64,000 nucleotides of DNA from Balanoglossus misakiensis (taxonomy: Eukaryota; Animalia; Hemichordata): positions 1 through 64,000 of the forward strand of contig CM082582.2 of assembly GCA_040954595.2 (NCBI GenBank). Reading direction: 5' to 3'. Made by a program: the position numbers and the translations under genes. Below the pieces are notes generated by a model. It was not told the DNA's origin and did not search any database. It worked only from the letters and a program-made list of their open reading frames with translations. This document shows, one piece after another, positions 39,430-52,322 of this stretch. The stretch's first letter is position 1. Each line of letters opens with the position of its first letter.

Positions 39430-41143
39430 ATACATGAGAAGTCGGCCAGATTAGAAGTCGGCCAGTACGCGCGCATGAGAAGTCGGCCAGTATGAGAAGT
39501 CGGCCAGTTGTTGAACTTGTACCCGAATAGTGCAGTAATGACCCAGATTACTTATAACAACACTTAATAAAATATACAGTTGAACCTCGGTATAACGAAA
39601 ACGCTTACAACGAAAAACCGCTTACAACGAACGAACAGTCATAGTCCCGAATTGGTACCATTGTTTTCTATGGCCGTTCATACCACTTACAACGAACGAA
39701 CATTTATCAATCACCGCTTACAACGAAGACATTTTCATTGTGTTACGAACACTTTTTTGAATAAAGGTTGGAAATAAACAATGTGCAATTTGACTTTGAT
39801 CAAACTAAAATGCTGTGTAACTTCTTCACATCTTCCTACGGCAGTCCAATGTCTGAATAGGGGTCAGGGCAGCAAATTCTCGCCTATTGTTTACATGTGC
39901 TTACTAAGCATCACGCTTTTGACAGGTCGTTTGGCATCAATGCGAAAAAAGCTTTCAAGTCATTTACACATTACGGGATTTTGACTTTGATCTTAAATTT
40001 GAAAATGACCGATATGAGACACTCATCATGGTTGAAGGTGACATCGAATACCATCGCGAACTGTTTTCGAAAAGCCCTATGTAGGAACGCGTCGACCGGT
40101 GTCCTTGACACAGCGAGTGACCTCTTGGCTACCGTTATGCCGCATATCTGCAGTCCCGCGAGAACATCGATGATGCTACCTACCATCATCTCTCTTCGAT
40201 TGAAGACACGATGTTTTCAATCATGTGTTCCATTCAGCGACAATCGAAGATTACGAGCTTTTTTTCTTGCCCGCGTGAGTAACTTCGATAGGAAAACGGA
40301 CAATTGAATCTGGCGGCCTGAGGTTCATGTAGTTTTTAATTCGTGTATTTTAACTTCTTTCCGCATTGTGATTTTTGTACAATTTATTTATTAACATACT
40401 GTACATTTATGTTTTGATTTTTCACTAATTTATTAAGTACTGTAATAAAAAGTTTGTTTGTATGAAGTACGTGTTGTGTGCGTGTACGGGTGGGTGTGTA
40501 TAAGGGCCGCCATTTTGTTCCAGTGACACGCCCCCACTTTCTCTGTGGTTACAACGAACTCCGGGTATTACGAATAGATTCAAACAGTCCCCTGTTCTTC
40601 GTTATACCGAGGTTCGACTGTAATTGCACTAAATATTTTCATTTGGACGGATTTCCCAAATTCTTGACAACACAATGACGTCATTTCAAATAATGGCATC
40701 TGGCATCCGTACCGGTTCCCCAGCCTCGTATCCGCGTAAGGAGCTTAGGTTGTTCGCCAAATTCCTGTGACATTTCTGATTAAAGGGAGTTGTTTCAAAG
40801 CCTACTAAAATACATAGAAGATGTATGTGTATATTCATACTTTCTGAGACAACACCAAACAAACAAACAAACAAACGTGACAAGGAACAGACTACTGGCG
40901 CAGCTCAAGAAGTGCAGGTGACTGATGTTGACGTACCCCGGTGACGTACATGAAAAGTGAACAGACAGTTTTAAAATTCATCGGCTATTTGTACAAATAT
41001 CTTAGCTCCTGTACATCAAGGAAACATTTCGTAGTGAAACAGTTATATATAACACAGAGTACCAGGGTTCTCTCCCACAGGCCGACTTCTCGTACTGGCC
41101 GAGACCGACTTCTCATACTGGTTGACTTCTCAGGACACCATGT
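39430..41143. mobile_element. Putative DNA transposon with arrays of inverted subterminal repeats (GAGAAGTCGGCCAGT)
   Basis: Four direct copies at 39435-39508. Inverted copies (ggccgacttctc) at 41079-41131. Ends read tacatg...catgta. Confidence 0.55.
39577..40620 (+). mobile_element. Tc1/mariner pogo/Tigger-like element, internally deleted, TA TSD
   Basis: TIR cagttgaacctcggtataacgaa / ttcgttataccgaggttcgactg with flanking TA. Transposase remnant WLKVTSNTIANCFRKA matches the pogo/Tigger W..V...TI.NCF.K motif. Confidence 0.85.
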
Positions 41144-41250
41144 ATAGCTAGCTGTTGAACTCAAAAAATATGTAAAACTACAAGTGATGTAAACAACTTG
41201 TGGAACCATGTTCAAATCGAGACAAGAAGAAAAGGGATTTCAAGACTTAC

Positions 41251-43896
41251 CTCCTTCAGCACTTTACTGCCCTGTAGCGCACTGTGTGACACTTGTAGTT
41301 GTGCATTCATAACCAGAAGGACGTGGCCGAACCTAGCGAGTATGAACCTATCACAGAAAAAATTCAAAGAACGATTTTTACCACCATGGTTTGGTCCAAT
41401 GATCCCTTATTAGAGAGATGTCCGTAATCACAGGTTTAGCTGTACAATACCTCTTCAGTGGAATCATTGTGTTTTTCAAAGTGCATCACAATATCATCTC
41501 CAATAAGCATAACAGTTTAATTTTCTGTGTATGCCATGCTATAACACAGGGAAGTCACAAGAGTGATTTGCAGCCCAACTTACCAGTAACTGTTGAACAA
41601 TCCACTACGGGTGACATGGTTGGACACTTGGATACCACTGGACAAGGCGTGCATGTGCCGTCGCCTTCCATAGCATATTCACCATTGCCACAGTCGAGCG
41701 GATCTTACATTGGATCTGAACACGATTTTCCAGCAGGGCACAGAAGACAGGATGTGCGTGCAGGCTCCTCACTTATTTCATCTGATTAAAGAAAATGAGG
41801 TTTTTAGTGATGTATTTGTGATACAGTGTCATTTAAAATAACAAATTACTTGAGATGATTCACTTCATAATTCTGAGACAAGTATACAGGCATGTAGAAA
41901 ATTCTTTGGAGGACATTAAACGTCATTTCTAATCAACCATTTTCTGAATATCATAAGACTCTGCGAGATCTCACATGGCTAACCAGGTCTCGCAAGATCT
42001 CGCACTGAGTTGATAATCTGTTGTAAACACATACATACATACACACACACACACACATACCCCCAGTCGCACTGACTTGAAAATCTGTTGTAAACACATA
42101 CATGCATACACACATACCCCTCAGTTTCATCACACAGCAAACTGAACAAGTACCACAATCTTACCATTTGTACATCTGGTACAGTTTGTTGCACCAGCCA
42201 ATGACACGTAACCCTTGGTACACTTGAATTGCGATGCACTGGGATCTATGCAGGCGTACCCTTGCTCACAAATAGTACAATGTTCAGCACCAGCTGATCT
42301 GTAAATCAAACAGAGAATTTACACACCAAGTTAACCTTTGAATACCACTGTAAACATTTGGTGCAAATTTTAATTATTTTCATAAATAGAGGTCTATTCA
42401 AATTTGGAAAAATTGTCATTTTTTCATTCATATATTATATCAGTAAATTTTAAATACAGAAATAGAAAATGATCCCATCCTATTTTTCAGTTAGTAAATT
42501 ACCTGACCTAATGTTTGATGTTGGAAATAAAGGTGGGTGGGTAGAAGTTTACCTGTTATGCAAGAGGTACAGCGAGACATCCTTTGTCCAAGGCCGAACT
42601 GTAATAACCAGCCGAGCATAAAATCACAGAGTTACCATTTGGACATTGGTTACCAGCTGGGCAATCAGCACATGATGTTTGTGCTGAAAATAAACAGAGA
42701 TTTATAGAATCTTATAGTCACAGTCATACCTTCAAAGACGTGGGATTCTCACGCGGGTTGGGGAGACAAAAATCCCTGGCAAAAGATTGAGGACAGGAAA
42801 ATGCCAATCCAGAGATATTGGTAACAGAAACTGTGTACAGTCAATGCCATACGGCAGTGTGCTGTTCTAACAACAGACAAGATCGTGACGATCATAGTCT
42901 GTGTCGGAGATTTGGAAAAGAGCAAATTTGGTGAAAAGACGGGACAAAACAAAAGTCTACTTATACGATGCACATGAAAACTGGATGAAAGCGAAGCAGT
43001 CCACTATTTGAATGCATTGGATGTAAAATTGGCAGAATATTTGGACTGGACGTAATGTTTGTACGCACAGAATTACGTACATGCACATAAGATGATCGTC
43101 TGCCTTAAAGGCACGTAAGCTGCAACTAGATAAAAAAATTAATGTTTTAAATAATCTCATATATGCTTTTAATTATGTCTATTAAATGATATTTCATGAT
43201 AATATATCAAGCTCAACACTTATTTATGACACAATGGCCAAAATTAAAGAAAATACAAAAATTCCTGCAATTTTAAAAAAAGTGCAATATTGCAATGAAA
43301 AATGGAAATCTGATGTCTCAGTGGTGTACATTTACTTCCATGAGCTCAAGTGGATGAGATCATGTTTTGTTTATGAAGTTTCACAACCGGAAATGCAACA
43401 ATTTCATTGTTTCTTGCATTTTCCCACGGTGGCGGCCATAATCGCTTGCGGCAAAGCTTTATTATTTATCTGGTTAAAACTTGCATATGCACTCATATTT
43501 AGGGTTTATAATGCTTGTGTATAGTTCACTGCCTTCATCTGCATGGACTAATGGTAGTGCAGTTTTAAACAAAAATTATGAAAATTATCCCAAAAGTTAC
43601 AGCTTACGTGCCTTTAAGTGAAAGATTACACAGTAATGCCCAAACTTTAAGTGCTGACTCACCATCTATATTAGTGTAGTATCCATCTTCACACACCTCT
43701 GGCTCCGACATACCATCATATTGGCACTTATACCCCTGGGCAGGACAAGGCGTACAGTCTATACTTCCATTGTTGGCAAAATATCCCAGTCCGCATTGTG
43801 TTGGTGATGAGAGGCTGGCTGTTCCACACATGAAACCCCTGGACACAGCGTGCATGCTTCAGAACATGCTGAACTTTAACTTCCAGCTGCGCAGTC
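41251..43896 (-). pseudogene. Five exons of a GCC2/GCC3 (ephrin-receptor-like, CxxCPxGxxC) Cys-rich protein, pseudogenised
   Basis: Exons at 43663-43896, 42553-42683, 42165-42298 (SAGAEHCTICEQGYACIDP...CTKGYVSLAGATNCTRC), 41584-41781 (CLLCPAGKSCSDPM*) and 41251-41347. AG/GT boundaries, with stops and frameshifts. Confidence 0.78.
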
Positions 43897-44117
43897 CTGT
43901 AGGAGTGAAGACGTCAAATATTAAGGAGGTTTAGGAGCCCTCTAGCCAGCAAACTTCATCAAGGATGTACGTGCAGAACATAAACCGGAAACACTACGTG
44001 TCCGGTCTTTTTCCCATAGGATTACATTGATAATCGCCAGAAAACAAACTTCTACTATTGTCATTTTCACGAAATTTTACACATAGCTCAGTCCAGCAAA
44101 TATAAATTCATTGGTCA

Positions 44118-44283
44118 AATAAAATATAGGGGTCACCGCGCTCTTTTTTGAGATAAATTGCATTAAGAATTTTGGCCATAGACAAACAAACCATTGGTGA
44201 AAAATCAGTAGATTTCTTCTATTATCGACCAATTTCATGGCTCTGTATTTCAAAAACAAGCGCGGTGACCCCTATATTTTATT
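44118..44283. repeat. Perfect 25-bp inverted repeat (MITE-like hairpin)
   Basis: aataaaatataggggtcaccgcgct at 44118-44142 and its reverse complement at 44259-44283. Duplicated at ~60000-60165. Confidence 0.75.
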
Positions 44284-44859
44284 ACGGATTTTCATTATAC
44301 ATACAAAAGAGAATAAAAAAATCCACAATTAAAAAAAATGACAATACTTTCCATTTTATTGAACGTACATCCTTAATGTTACTTAGGTAGTGGAGCACCA
44401 AAACCCAAATTTTCATATCGATTGTGTATTTTGTGATAAAAGCACCAAACTTGGCTCAGATGTGTGTTAATGTGTACTGAACAAATTCAGATAGCGAGTC
44501 ACTAAATATCTGTTGAAGAGTTTCCATGGCAACCAATTTTTTTTCAAAATGGCCGCAAATACAGATAATCACACCTGTTAAACATCAAAATAAATTCAGA
44601 TTACAATATTTGAAACAAGAAACTACGGAAAGAATGGTTTGCAATAGAACTATGGTTATTAAACTACAAATGTACTTATAAGGGTAACTAAGGGATCAAA
44701 ATACAGGTGCAACTTTCAATCCCTGGTACTCGCATTAGTATAGGTGCTCCCCCTAGTCAAACATTACGGCTAGTTGCGATATTTAACTTGAAGTACGTAA
44801 ATTACACACACACGAATCGCAACAGTTAGCGAGTCACTAAATATCTATTGAAGAGTGAC

Positions 44860-46864
44860 TATGCAGTATTCAAGATCCACCCTTTCCACAATACGTGTGA
44901 ACTTCTACTCTCTACATGGAATGTCCGCTCAGCTAGATGCAAATCATTAGACATTGCAGACTACATCACAGATAAAAAAATTGATATTCTTGTACTCACT
45001 GAAACATGGTTGAAGGAATCTGGTGACGAACACGTAATGGCTGAATGTACACCACCAGGCTATGCTGTCAAACATCTACCTGGGGTTGGCAAGATCGGTG
45101 GAGGCTTAGCTTAAATTCATAAGCTAGCACTAAAATAAACAGCTTGGAAGCCTATTCTCTCTGTTAAATCTTTTGAGGCAGCGGAAGCAACTATTCTTCA
45201 CCAGAAACTTTCCATGAAAATAATTCTTGTCTACCGTCCACCACCATCAGTTAATAATAAATTCACCGCACCACAGTTCATGGAAGAGTTCAGTACAACA
45301 CTTGAGAAGTATGTCACCTGCTCAAGTAATCTCTTCATCGTAGGAGATTTCAATATTCACCTAGAAGATGATAAGAATCCAGTAACACAGAAATTCAATG
45401 GAATCATCAGCGCCTGTAATCTGAAACAATGGGTCCAACAACCAACACACAGAAAGGGTCATACTCTTGATCTCATCTTATCTAACTCTGCGTCTAACAT
45501 CAAGAGTGTCTCTGTAGACTGCTTGGAACTCTCTGATCACAATCCTGTCAATGCAAAACTTGCTCTTCCGAAACCAACACACAGTAGACGTCAAATATCT
45601 TATCGTCATATCTGCCATTTCAATTGATAGTTTCAGCCATGATCTCGACAAAATACATCAAATGTCCTAGCCTCCAAATGACCTCTCCTCAGCCATATCA
45701 GCTTATAACCAACCCGTCAGTCTCCATCTAAAACACGTGTACTTGATCTCATCCCTACAGCACTTGATAAGCAATGTCTTGGTAATCTGCTCACTATCAT
45801 GGCCACAATTATCAATTTGTCACTCAAAACTGGAACTGTTCCTGATCAACTTAAAATAGCAGTCATCACACCAATATACTCAAGAAACCTTCGCTCGACA
45901 AAAACATTTTCAAGAACTATCGACCAGTTTCAAACCTAACCTTCCTGTCAAAAGTAATCGGGAAGATTGTAGCACAACAACTGACATCATATTTGACTAC
46001 CAACTCACTACAAGAACCACTGCAGTCAGCGTACCGAAAGGATCACAGTACCGAAACAGCACTTACTAAAGTCAACAACGATATTTGTATGGCACTGGAT
46101 GCCGGTAAATGTGTACTCATGGTTCTCCTCGATCTCTCCTCTGTGTTTGATACCATAGATCACGACACAATCATCTCAAGGTTATCAAAACTGGGCATCA
46201 CCAACATCGCACTACAATGGTTCTCATCATATCTTAAGAACAGACAGCAGTTTGTATGGCACAATGTCAGAACCTCAATATCTACAATATGGAGTACCAC
46301 ACGGTTCAGTGCTTGGCCCACTTTTGTTCTGCAGCTACATCCAACCACTTGCTCAACTTATTTGTCACCACAACATCAATTTTCACCAATATGCCGATGA
46401 CAACCAACTATACCAATATTTCTTCCAGTTAGACACCATAAGTACATTAGACAAGATGGAAAGGGCAGTTCACGAAATAAAAACCTGGATGACACATAAT
46501 AAACTTCAACTAAATGGTGGCAAACCCGAGGTACTCCTGATAAGGTCTCAGTTCAACCGCTCGCCTCGTCCCATAAACCACATGAGCATTGGATCATGTT
46601 GTGTTCAAATTGTGAATTCTGCACGGAATATAGGTGTGACATTCGACGACAATTACACTTTCAATAAGCACATTAATGCAATTTGCAAGTCAATTTTCTT
46701 CCATCTGCGTCAAATCAGCCACATTCGCCGTTACCTCACTAAGGAAGTTTGCCAGATGCTGGTTCATGCTCTAATCACATCAAAACTGGACTACTGCAAT
46801 GCAATACTCTGTGGTTTACCATCATCATGCATTCAACCGCTACAGCATGCCCTGAATTCTGCAG
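44860..46864 (+). mobile_element. Degenerate non-LTR retrotransposon ORF2 (APE endonuclease + RT), L2/CR1-group
   Basis: APE motifs WNVRS, LTETWL, YRPP, GDFN, HTLDL, SDH. RT motifs [48 protein letters not shown]. Stops, frameshifts and an internal deletion. Confidence 0.93.
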
Positions 46865-47200
46865 CCACCATGGCCTCCTTCACAAAAACCTCACCAGACC
46901 CCATAATGCCTCCATCTCTTACACCACACCTTATACCCACCACAAATCCTAGCCATCACCCAACCTATCTTAGCCCAAACAATCCAAACCCAATCAAAAT
47001 TGACCCTAGCCCCACTTATCAAGCCATCAATGCTCAACGGCAACCCAAATAACACTTAACTTAAAGATTGGCATAAATCCAAACTCATACCACTGCGACC
47101 CCAAATATACAACACAAAGACTCAATCACGAACCAATACCTACCATTTGTAGCAAATACACGACCAAAGATTTGATCCCATCTATCATCCATATATCATC
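46865..47200 (+). repeat. Ectopic fragment of subtelomeric repeat B fused to the LINE
   Basis: Matches 8145-8370 directly and ~22545-22870 as reverse complement. The ORF tail ASFTKT...[20 protein letters not shown] is shared with ORF 22676..23005. Confidence 0.9.
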
Positions 47201-47384
47201 AGAAAGTTGGGACGATGAGCAATGGGGCAGAGACTGATCATCAAAAATTTGAGACAGGGAATTCCAACAAATGAGATCATTAAGTTAAATATGCAAAGCA
47301 AATCAGAAAAGAGAATCAGAAGATTTTCTCCGAAGGACACCTTGCAAATTCATGATTGGAAAGACACTGCAGTCACATGTATAT

Positions 47385-48570
47385 TGTAGTGTCCAAACAC
47401 TAGTGAGCATCTATACTTTATACATTCTGTAAAATGACGTAATGCAACATTCGGGTCATTATGAATAAAGTGCGTGAACGAGGCTAGGCACTCTCACTCT
47501 TACATGCCGGACTTGGTGTCTCGTGTTGTCATTATTGCCCACCAACGATTCTATATTTGGCGACGAGGACGGAGAACATGGAGAATCAGCTAGCCGTCAA
47601 TGCCGAGTTTTCCTGTTCATTCAGACCCGACAACCACCAGTACGAGATGGAAAAAGTACATGGCTAGAGTAGAAAACGCATTTGTCGCATTCAACATTAC
47701 AGATGACAAGCGACAACGTGCACTGCTATTGCACTGGGCAGGTGAGGAAGTTTCCGACTTCTTTGATACTCTACCAGATACAGGAACTAGCTGTGAAACA
47801 GCCAAATTAAAGCTTTCGTCATACTTCTCACCCAAACGGAACATTGAATACGAACGATTTATCTTCAGAGACACCATACAAAACAACGGCGAATCGATTG
47901 ATGCCTATCACACTTGTTTGCAACGCCTAGCAGAAACATATGTGACTTCACCAATAAGGATCAAGAGGTCAAATCACAAATCATACGAGGATTCACATCA
48001 GCCCGTCTCAGACGTCGTGCTCTTCGGGAGGAGACGACACTAGAGAATCTACTGAGTACAGCCTGTTCATTTGAGGTATCAGAGGTTCAGGCTAGTGGGA
48101 TTGAGGAGAAAACCCAAAATTATGGTGCAGATACGGCATCTGTGAATGCGGTCAGAAAACAGCGCCACCAACGCCCGAAACCAAATAAACAAAAGAGAGC
48201 TCATCAGCAGCCAGCGAAAGGACCGTCCACTTGTTATTATTGTGGTGGCACCTATCCACTGACTCAGTATGTCCAGCTAAAGGCAAGTCATGCAGGAAGT
48301 GTGGCAAACCTAACTATTTTGCCAAATGCTACCGATCAAAAGGCAAGGCAAATAGGGTAGACAAGGATGAAACTGTCAAAGCTGTGCATAAAGTGGAAGA
48401 CAGCTCGGGAGATGAATACTGCTTCACTGTACAACAATCAAATGGCAGGAGGCCTCAAGTAACAGTGCAGATAGAACAAACAGCAGTTGCCTCACTGATC
48501 GACCCTGGTTCTACAATAAACATGATGAGTGTAAACACATACAACAACCTAAAGAACAAACCCATGTGGC
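47385..48570 (+). mobile_element. Truncated Gypsy LTR retrotransposon: 5' LTR, PBS, gag, start of protease
   Basis: LTR ~47385-47555 (TG start, AATAAA). PBS tggcgacgagga is complementary to the tRNA-Ser(GCU) 3' end. Gag motifs RALLLHWAG and YFSPKRNIEYERFIF, two zinc knuckles, protease LIDPGS. Frameshifted. Confidence 0.9.
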
Positions 48571-50229
48571 AAACAGAAAGCCCGTTTTACCACTGTCAGC
48601 AGTGCATTATTGAGTATTTTAGCATCGCTGGATTTAGCTCTCGTCCAATCAGAATTGCGGACGGTAGCATGATATAATATAATTGAGAATAAATCTCGCG
48701 ACAAGTGTACAGTTTGACAATGTACACAGATAATCCGTTTCAACAATGTTTCCTTTGTAGTGTGAATAAAACTGCACACTTTGCAAGTTTTCAACTTCAA
48801 AACACTATGGCTATTACAGAGACAAAGCTGCTAATATACAGTGTATACCTGTCATTTTTGTTTGTGGTGAGATTTTCATTGGCACAGTCGCACAGAGCTC
48901 ACACAAGAGGAAATTACACTTTCTGTTGAATTCACTGCATCCTGCTAACTTTAAGTCATATATCCAGTGAAACATTAAGTTATAGAATTTTCCATCGCAG
49001 TATTCTGTTTTATATACATGTATAGCAGTCCCACACATATTGATTAATTTGACAAAAGAAACTGACTGACAATTTTCACAGCGCTCCCAGTATAGCATCC
49101 TTGGCAGGTGCACGTCAATGCCCCACACGAGGTTAGGGTTGGCAAGTGCTGCCATTTTGACATGGGTTGTTAGCACTGATCAATTCCTACGCATGACAGA
49201 AAAATGAAGAATTAGGCTATGGGCCGGACCTGCCTATCGTTTCAAAATGCACTCTGTATATTAAGGTTTATTTCTTTTACATAAAAACAAGTCTTCTTGC
49301 TCTAATATGATAAAAGAAAAAAAACTTCAACTTAAATATTGCGTCCTCAGAGGTAATATCGAGCCCTAAAAATCAGGTATGCTAATGCGGTTAAAGGTCG
49401 TGCAGTTCTCCTTATAACAAGCGATCTTATTGGTGGTTACGTGACTGCACCAATCACAGAATGCGTTATGTCACTCAGCAATTACACACGCAGGGCAAAC
49501 TATCAGGCAGCTACATGTATACTAGTATACATGTTACAGAAGATTAAACAGAATTGTTGGTAAGGAAAGTTTGAGCAGACTAGTCCATTCAATGTAAAAA
49601 ATGGTGCTGATTCCAAAAAAGTCAGTCTTATTGACCCCTTTCAAGACAAAATTGCCATTTTTGCCACTTTTAACCCAAAAGGTCATTTAAAAAAACACTC
49701 AAAACACACTGTTTTCATCACATTCGGAGATCTGATGACATTTGAGGATTATGCGGAAACAGTGACACACCAGAATAAAAATTACAGGTGACATTTGCAA
49801 GCAGATATGATCTAACCATATAGAAATATGGAATGTAAAAACATTAACAAGGAACATGCCCAATAAACTGTCATGTGTCATGGCAGTCTTACAAGTGGTG
49901 CTAGAAAAAAAAATGACCAAAAATTGTCTGTACAAACACATATGCGAAGCAACTTCTTTCAGTCAGCCCTGGAACAGACACACACTGACCTGCCACTGGT
50001 AATTAAAATTTGATAGCTGGTGGTCTCTGTAACAGCTGGCCTATTTAAGTTATGTAAACATGTCTTTGTTCGAGGTAACAACTCCTTGTAAATAGTAACT
50101 TTAAAAACAACTGGACAATTTGTTTAGGAGAAGATTTGCTAACCAAAAACTAAGAAACTTACCAAAAAAACTCACTAAATATTTAATCTTTCTGATCTCA
50201 GAACTGAATAAAAGTTGCACATATACAGG

Positions 50230-51115
50230 TATGTGTTATGAAATTATATCCTAAATTTCAAAGCAATCAGAGAAAAAACTAATTTCAAAGCAATCCAACA
50301 AGCAGTTTCACAGAAAATATTTGTTCAAAAGTGGCAAAAACACAAATATGCAAATATCACCAAAATTGTACAATATCTTACGTCAATCACTACAAGGAAC
50401 ATGCTGCCTAAGTTCAATGCAATAGGACAAGCGGTTTCAGAGAAAACAATTTTTGACAAAAATTGCAAAAGTTTCCCCGATAACACATTTATGCAAATAT
50501 CTTTTTTTTTACAACATATTATTTAGGTTACCCCTACGAACATGCCTACCAAATTGGAAAGCAATCTGGCATGAGGTTTTAAAGAAAAACATTTTTTGAC
50601 CAAAAATGGCAAATATTGCTCAAAATTATAGATATGCAAATTTTGCAACTATTTGAACAAAACTATGGTTACTTAGACAACATTAGGAGGCTTCATACTA
50701 AATTTCAAAGACTTTTTACCAATAACATGGAAAAATACAAAAAAATGCAAAAAAAATAGGAAATCGATAATATTAGCTCAAAACATACAGGATTGTATGA
50801 GGTTGATATAAGGTACATGCATACCAATTTTCAAATCAATATGACCAGTGGTTGTCCAGTTTTTAAGTTTTGACCAATTTCACATTTTCCCAGCTAATTT
50901 GCATATTTTTGGCAATGACATCTTCATTTGAACAAACTCCCATCTACAGCCCTGCCTGCATCTACACGCCAAATATCGAGGTCATACGCGCTGCGGTTTT
51001 CAAGTTTTCGATGTGGACGGACATACAGACATACATCCATCCATCCATCCATCCATACATACAGACGTAACCAATCCCATAAGGTCCCATGGTACATACA
51101 AATGGGACCTAAAAA
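50230..51115 (+). mobile_element. HINE / pearl / Tsp-like non-autonomous element (core repeats, microsatellite, 3' stem-loop)
   Basis: ~130-145-bp degenerate core repeats (aaattt..aagcaat...tatgcaaat) and an ACAT/CATC microsatellite at 51015-51066. Hairpin aggtcccat-11nt-atgggacct at 51082-51110, then AAAAA. Confidence 0.65.
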
Positions 51116-51127
51116 CTTGCGACTTAC

Positions 51128-51250
51128 ATGTAACAAATGTTTGCCCAGTGTAGCAGGTTGGACAGTTGCAGGTGTAGATTGAGCAGGAGCCTTGAAGTGG
51201 CTGATACACTCCGTTATTCAGACATGGGTTTAGAAGACACTGGTTGATCG
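51128..51250 (-). pseudogene. EGF-like exon INQCLLNPCLNNGVYQPLQGSCSIYTCNCPTCYTGQTFVT (two core Cys lost)
   Basis: 123-nt AG/GT-bounded exon. Confidence 0.75.
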
Positions 51251-51698
51251 CTAAGGGTGAGAGAAATGAAAAGTATCACATTAGGGTCTTACACACTTGA
51301 GTGGGAAGTGAAATCTGTAGCAGACTGTCAGAAGATTGCACATCCGTGTGATCATGTTCATGTGTGAAGGATAATGAAGACCACTTGATCCAAGCTTGGT
51401 GCTACCATCTTTATCATAATTACAGCATCTTATAATATTTACTAGTTGGGGGTGAGGTGGGGTGGGGGTGGGGGTAGTTGATGTCATAACTTTCTGATGT
51501 TTCAATTTACGGTTGGAAAAATAGCAACATCTACTCTGATGAGCATTTGAGTCAATGAAAGTATACATCATGGCTACGGTAGTGCATATAAGTCTCTTGG
51601 TTAGCTGCACAATCACAGGCAACTTTATTGAGACAATATCAATGACAAAGCCCAGCGATTTCTACTTTGTGCGGCAAATCTGACACTGGTTTGCTTAC

Positions 51699-51815
51699 GT
51701 TCAGCGCACGTGGTTCCGATGAAACAGCGCGAACTCTGGCATCTGAACTCGGTGCAGGACACTTGCTGGCAGAATCCACTGTTTAGACAAGGGTTGGGCT
51801 GACACGGATTCAAAT
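51699..51815 (-). CDS. EGF-like exon LNPCQPNPCLNSGFCQQVSCTEFRCQSSRCFIGTTCAE
   Basis: 117-nt exon; ORF track 51625..51813. Confidence 0.78.
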
Positions 51816-52199
51816 CTGTGCACAGAAGAGAAAGTGATATAAATTGTGTACAGTTAATATTTACTACATATACTTTAAACAGATTTGTGCAGTCAGGGTT
51901 GAGTGGTAAAAATCTCAGTTGGTCAACAGAACATCACTGTGACAAATTTCTTCCATGTTCAACAAAAGAAACGTAATGAAATTTTGACACAGGTGTCATA
52001 GTGTCTTAGTGTACCATACGGTGCAGGTTGTTGTTTGGTCAAATACACAATCCCCTTTTATGGCACACACATTCTTAATAAATTTCCCCAAAATTGTGTC
52101 GTTATTCACTGTTTGATACAGGTTGGAAGAAACCAACTGCAAGCCGATTATGTGTTATGTTATTATGTTCCTCTTCATCTGAAATTTAAAATCACTCAC

Positions 52200-52322
52200 A
52201 TGTCTGACATAAATCGCCGGAGTAACAGCTTGTACAGGAGCATGTGAATTCAGTACACCAATTGGGCGTCAGCACACAGTTTCCACCATTCTGACACTGG
52301 ATGGGTTGACACTGGTTGACAG
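52200..52322 (-). CDS. EGF-like exon (8-Cys), VNQCQPIQCQNGGNCVLTPNWCTEFTCSCTSCYSGDLCQT
   Basis: 123-nt open exon with cag acceptor and gtgagt donor. Confidence 0.8.

Noticed and set aside
42000-42125. ~65-bp tandem duplication with (CATA)/(CA) microsatellite
   Set aside because: Ordinary intronic microsatellite; the copies differ only by slippage.
44860-46864. Telomerase or an active telomere-maintaining retroelement
   Set aside because: Motifs are L2/CR1-type APE-RT, not TERT or R1/Jockey telomeric elements. The ORF is broken and lies over 40 kb from the end.
48570-50230. Possible further DNA-transposon fragments
   Set aside because: No paired TIRs or TSD could be established by eye.
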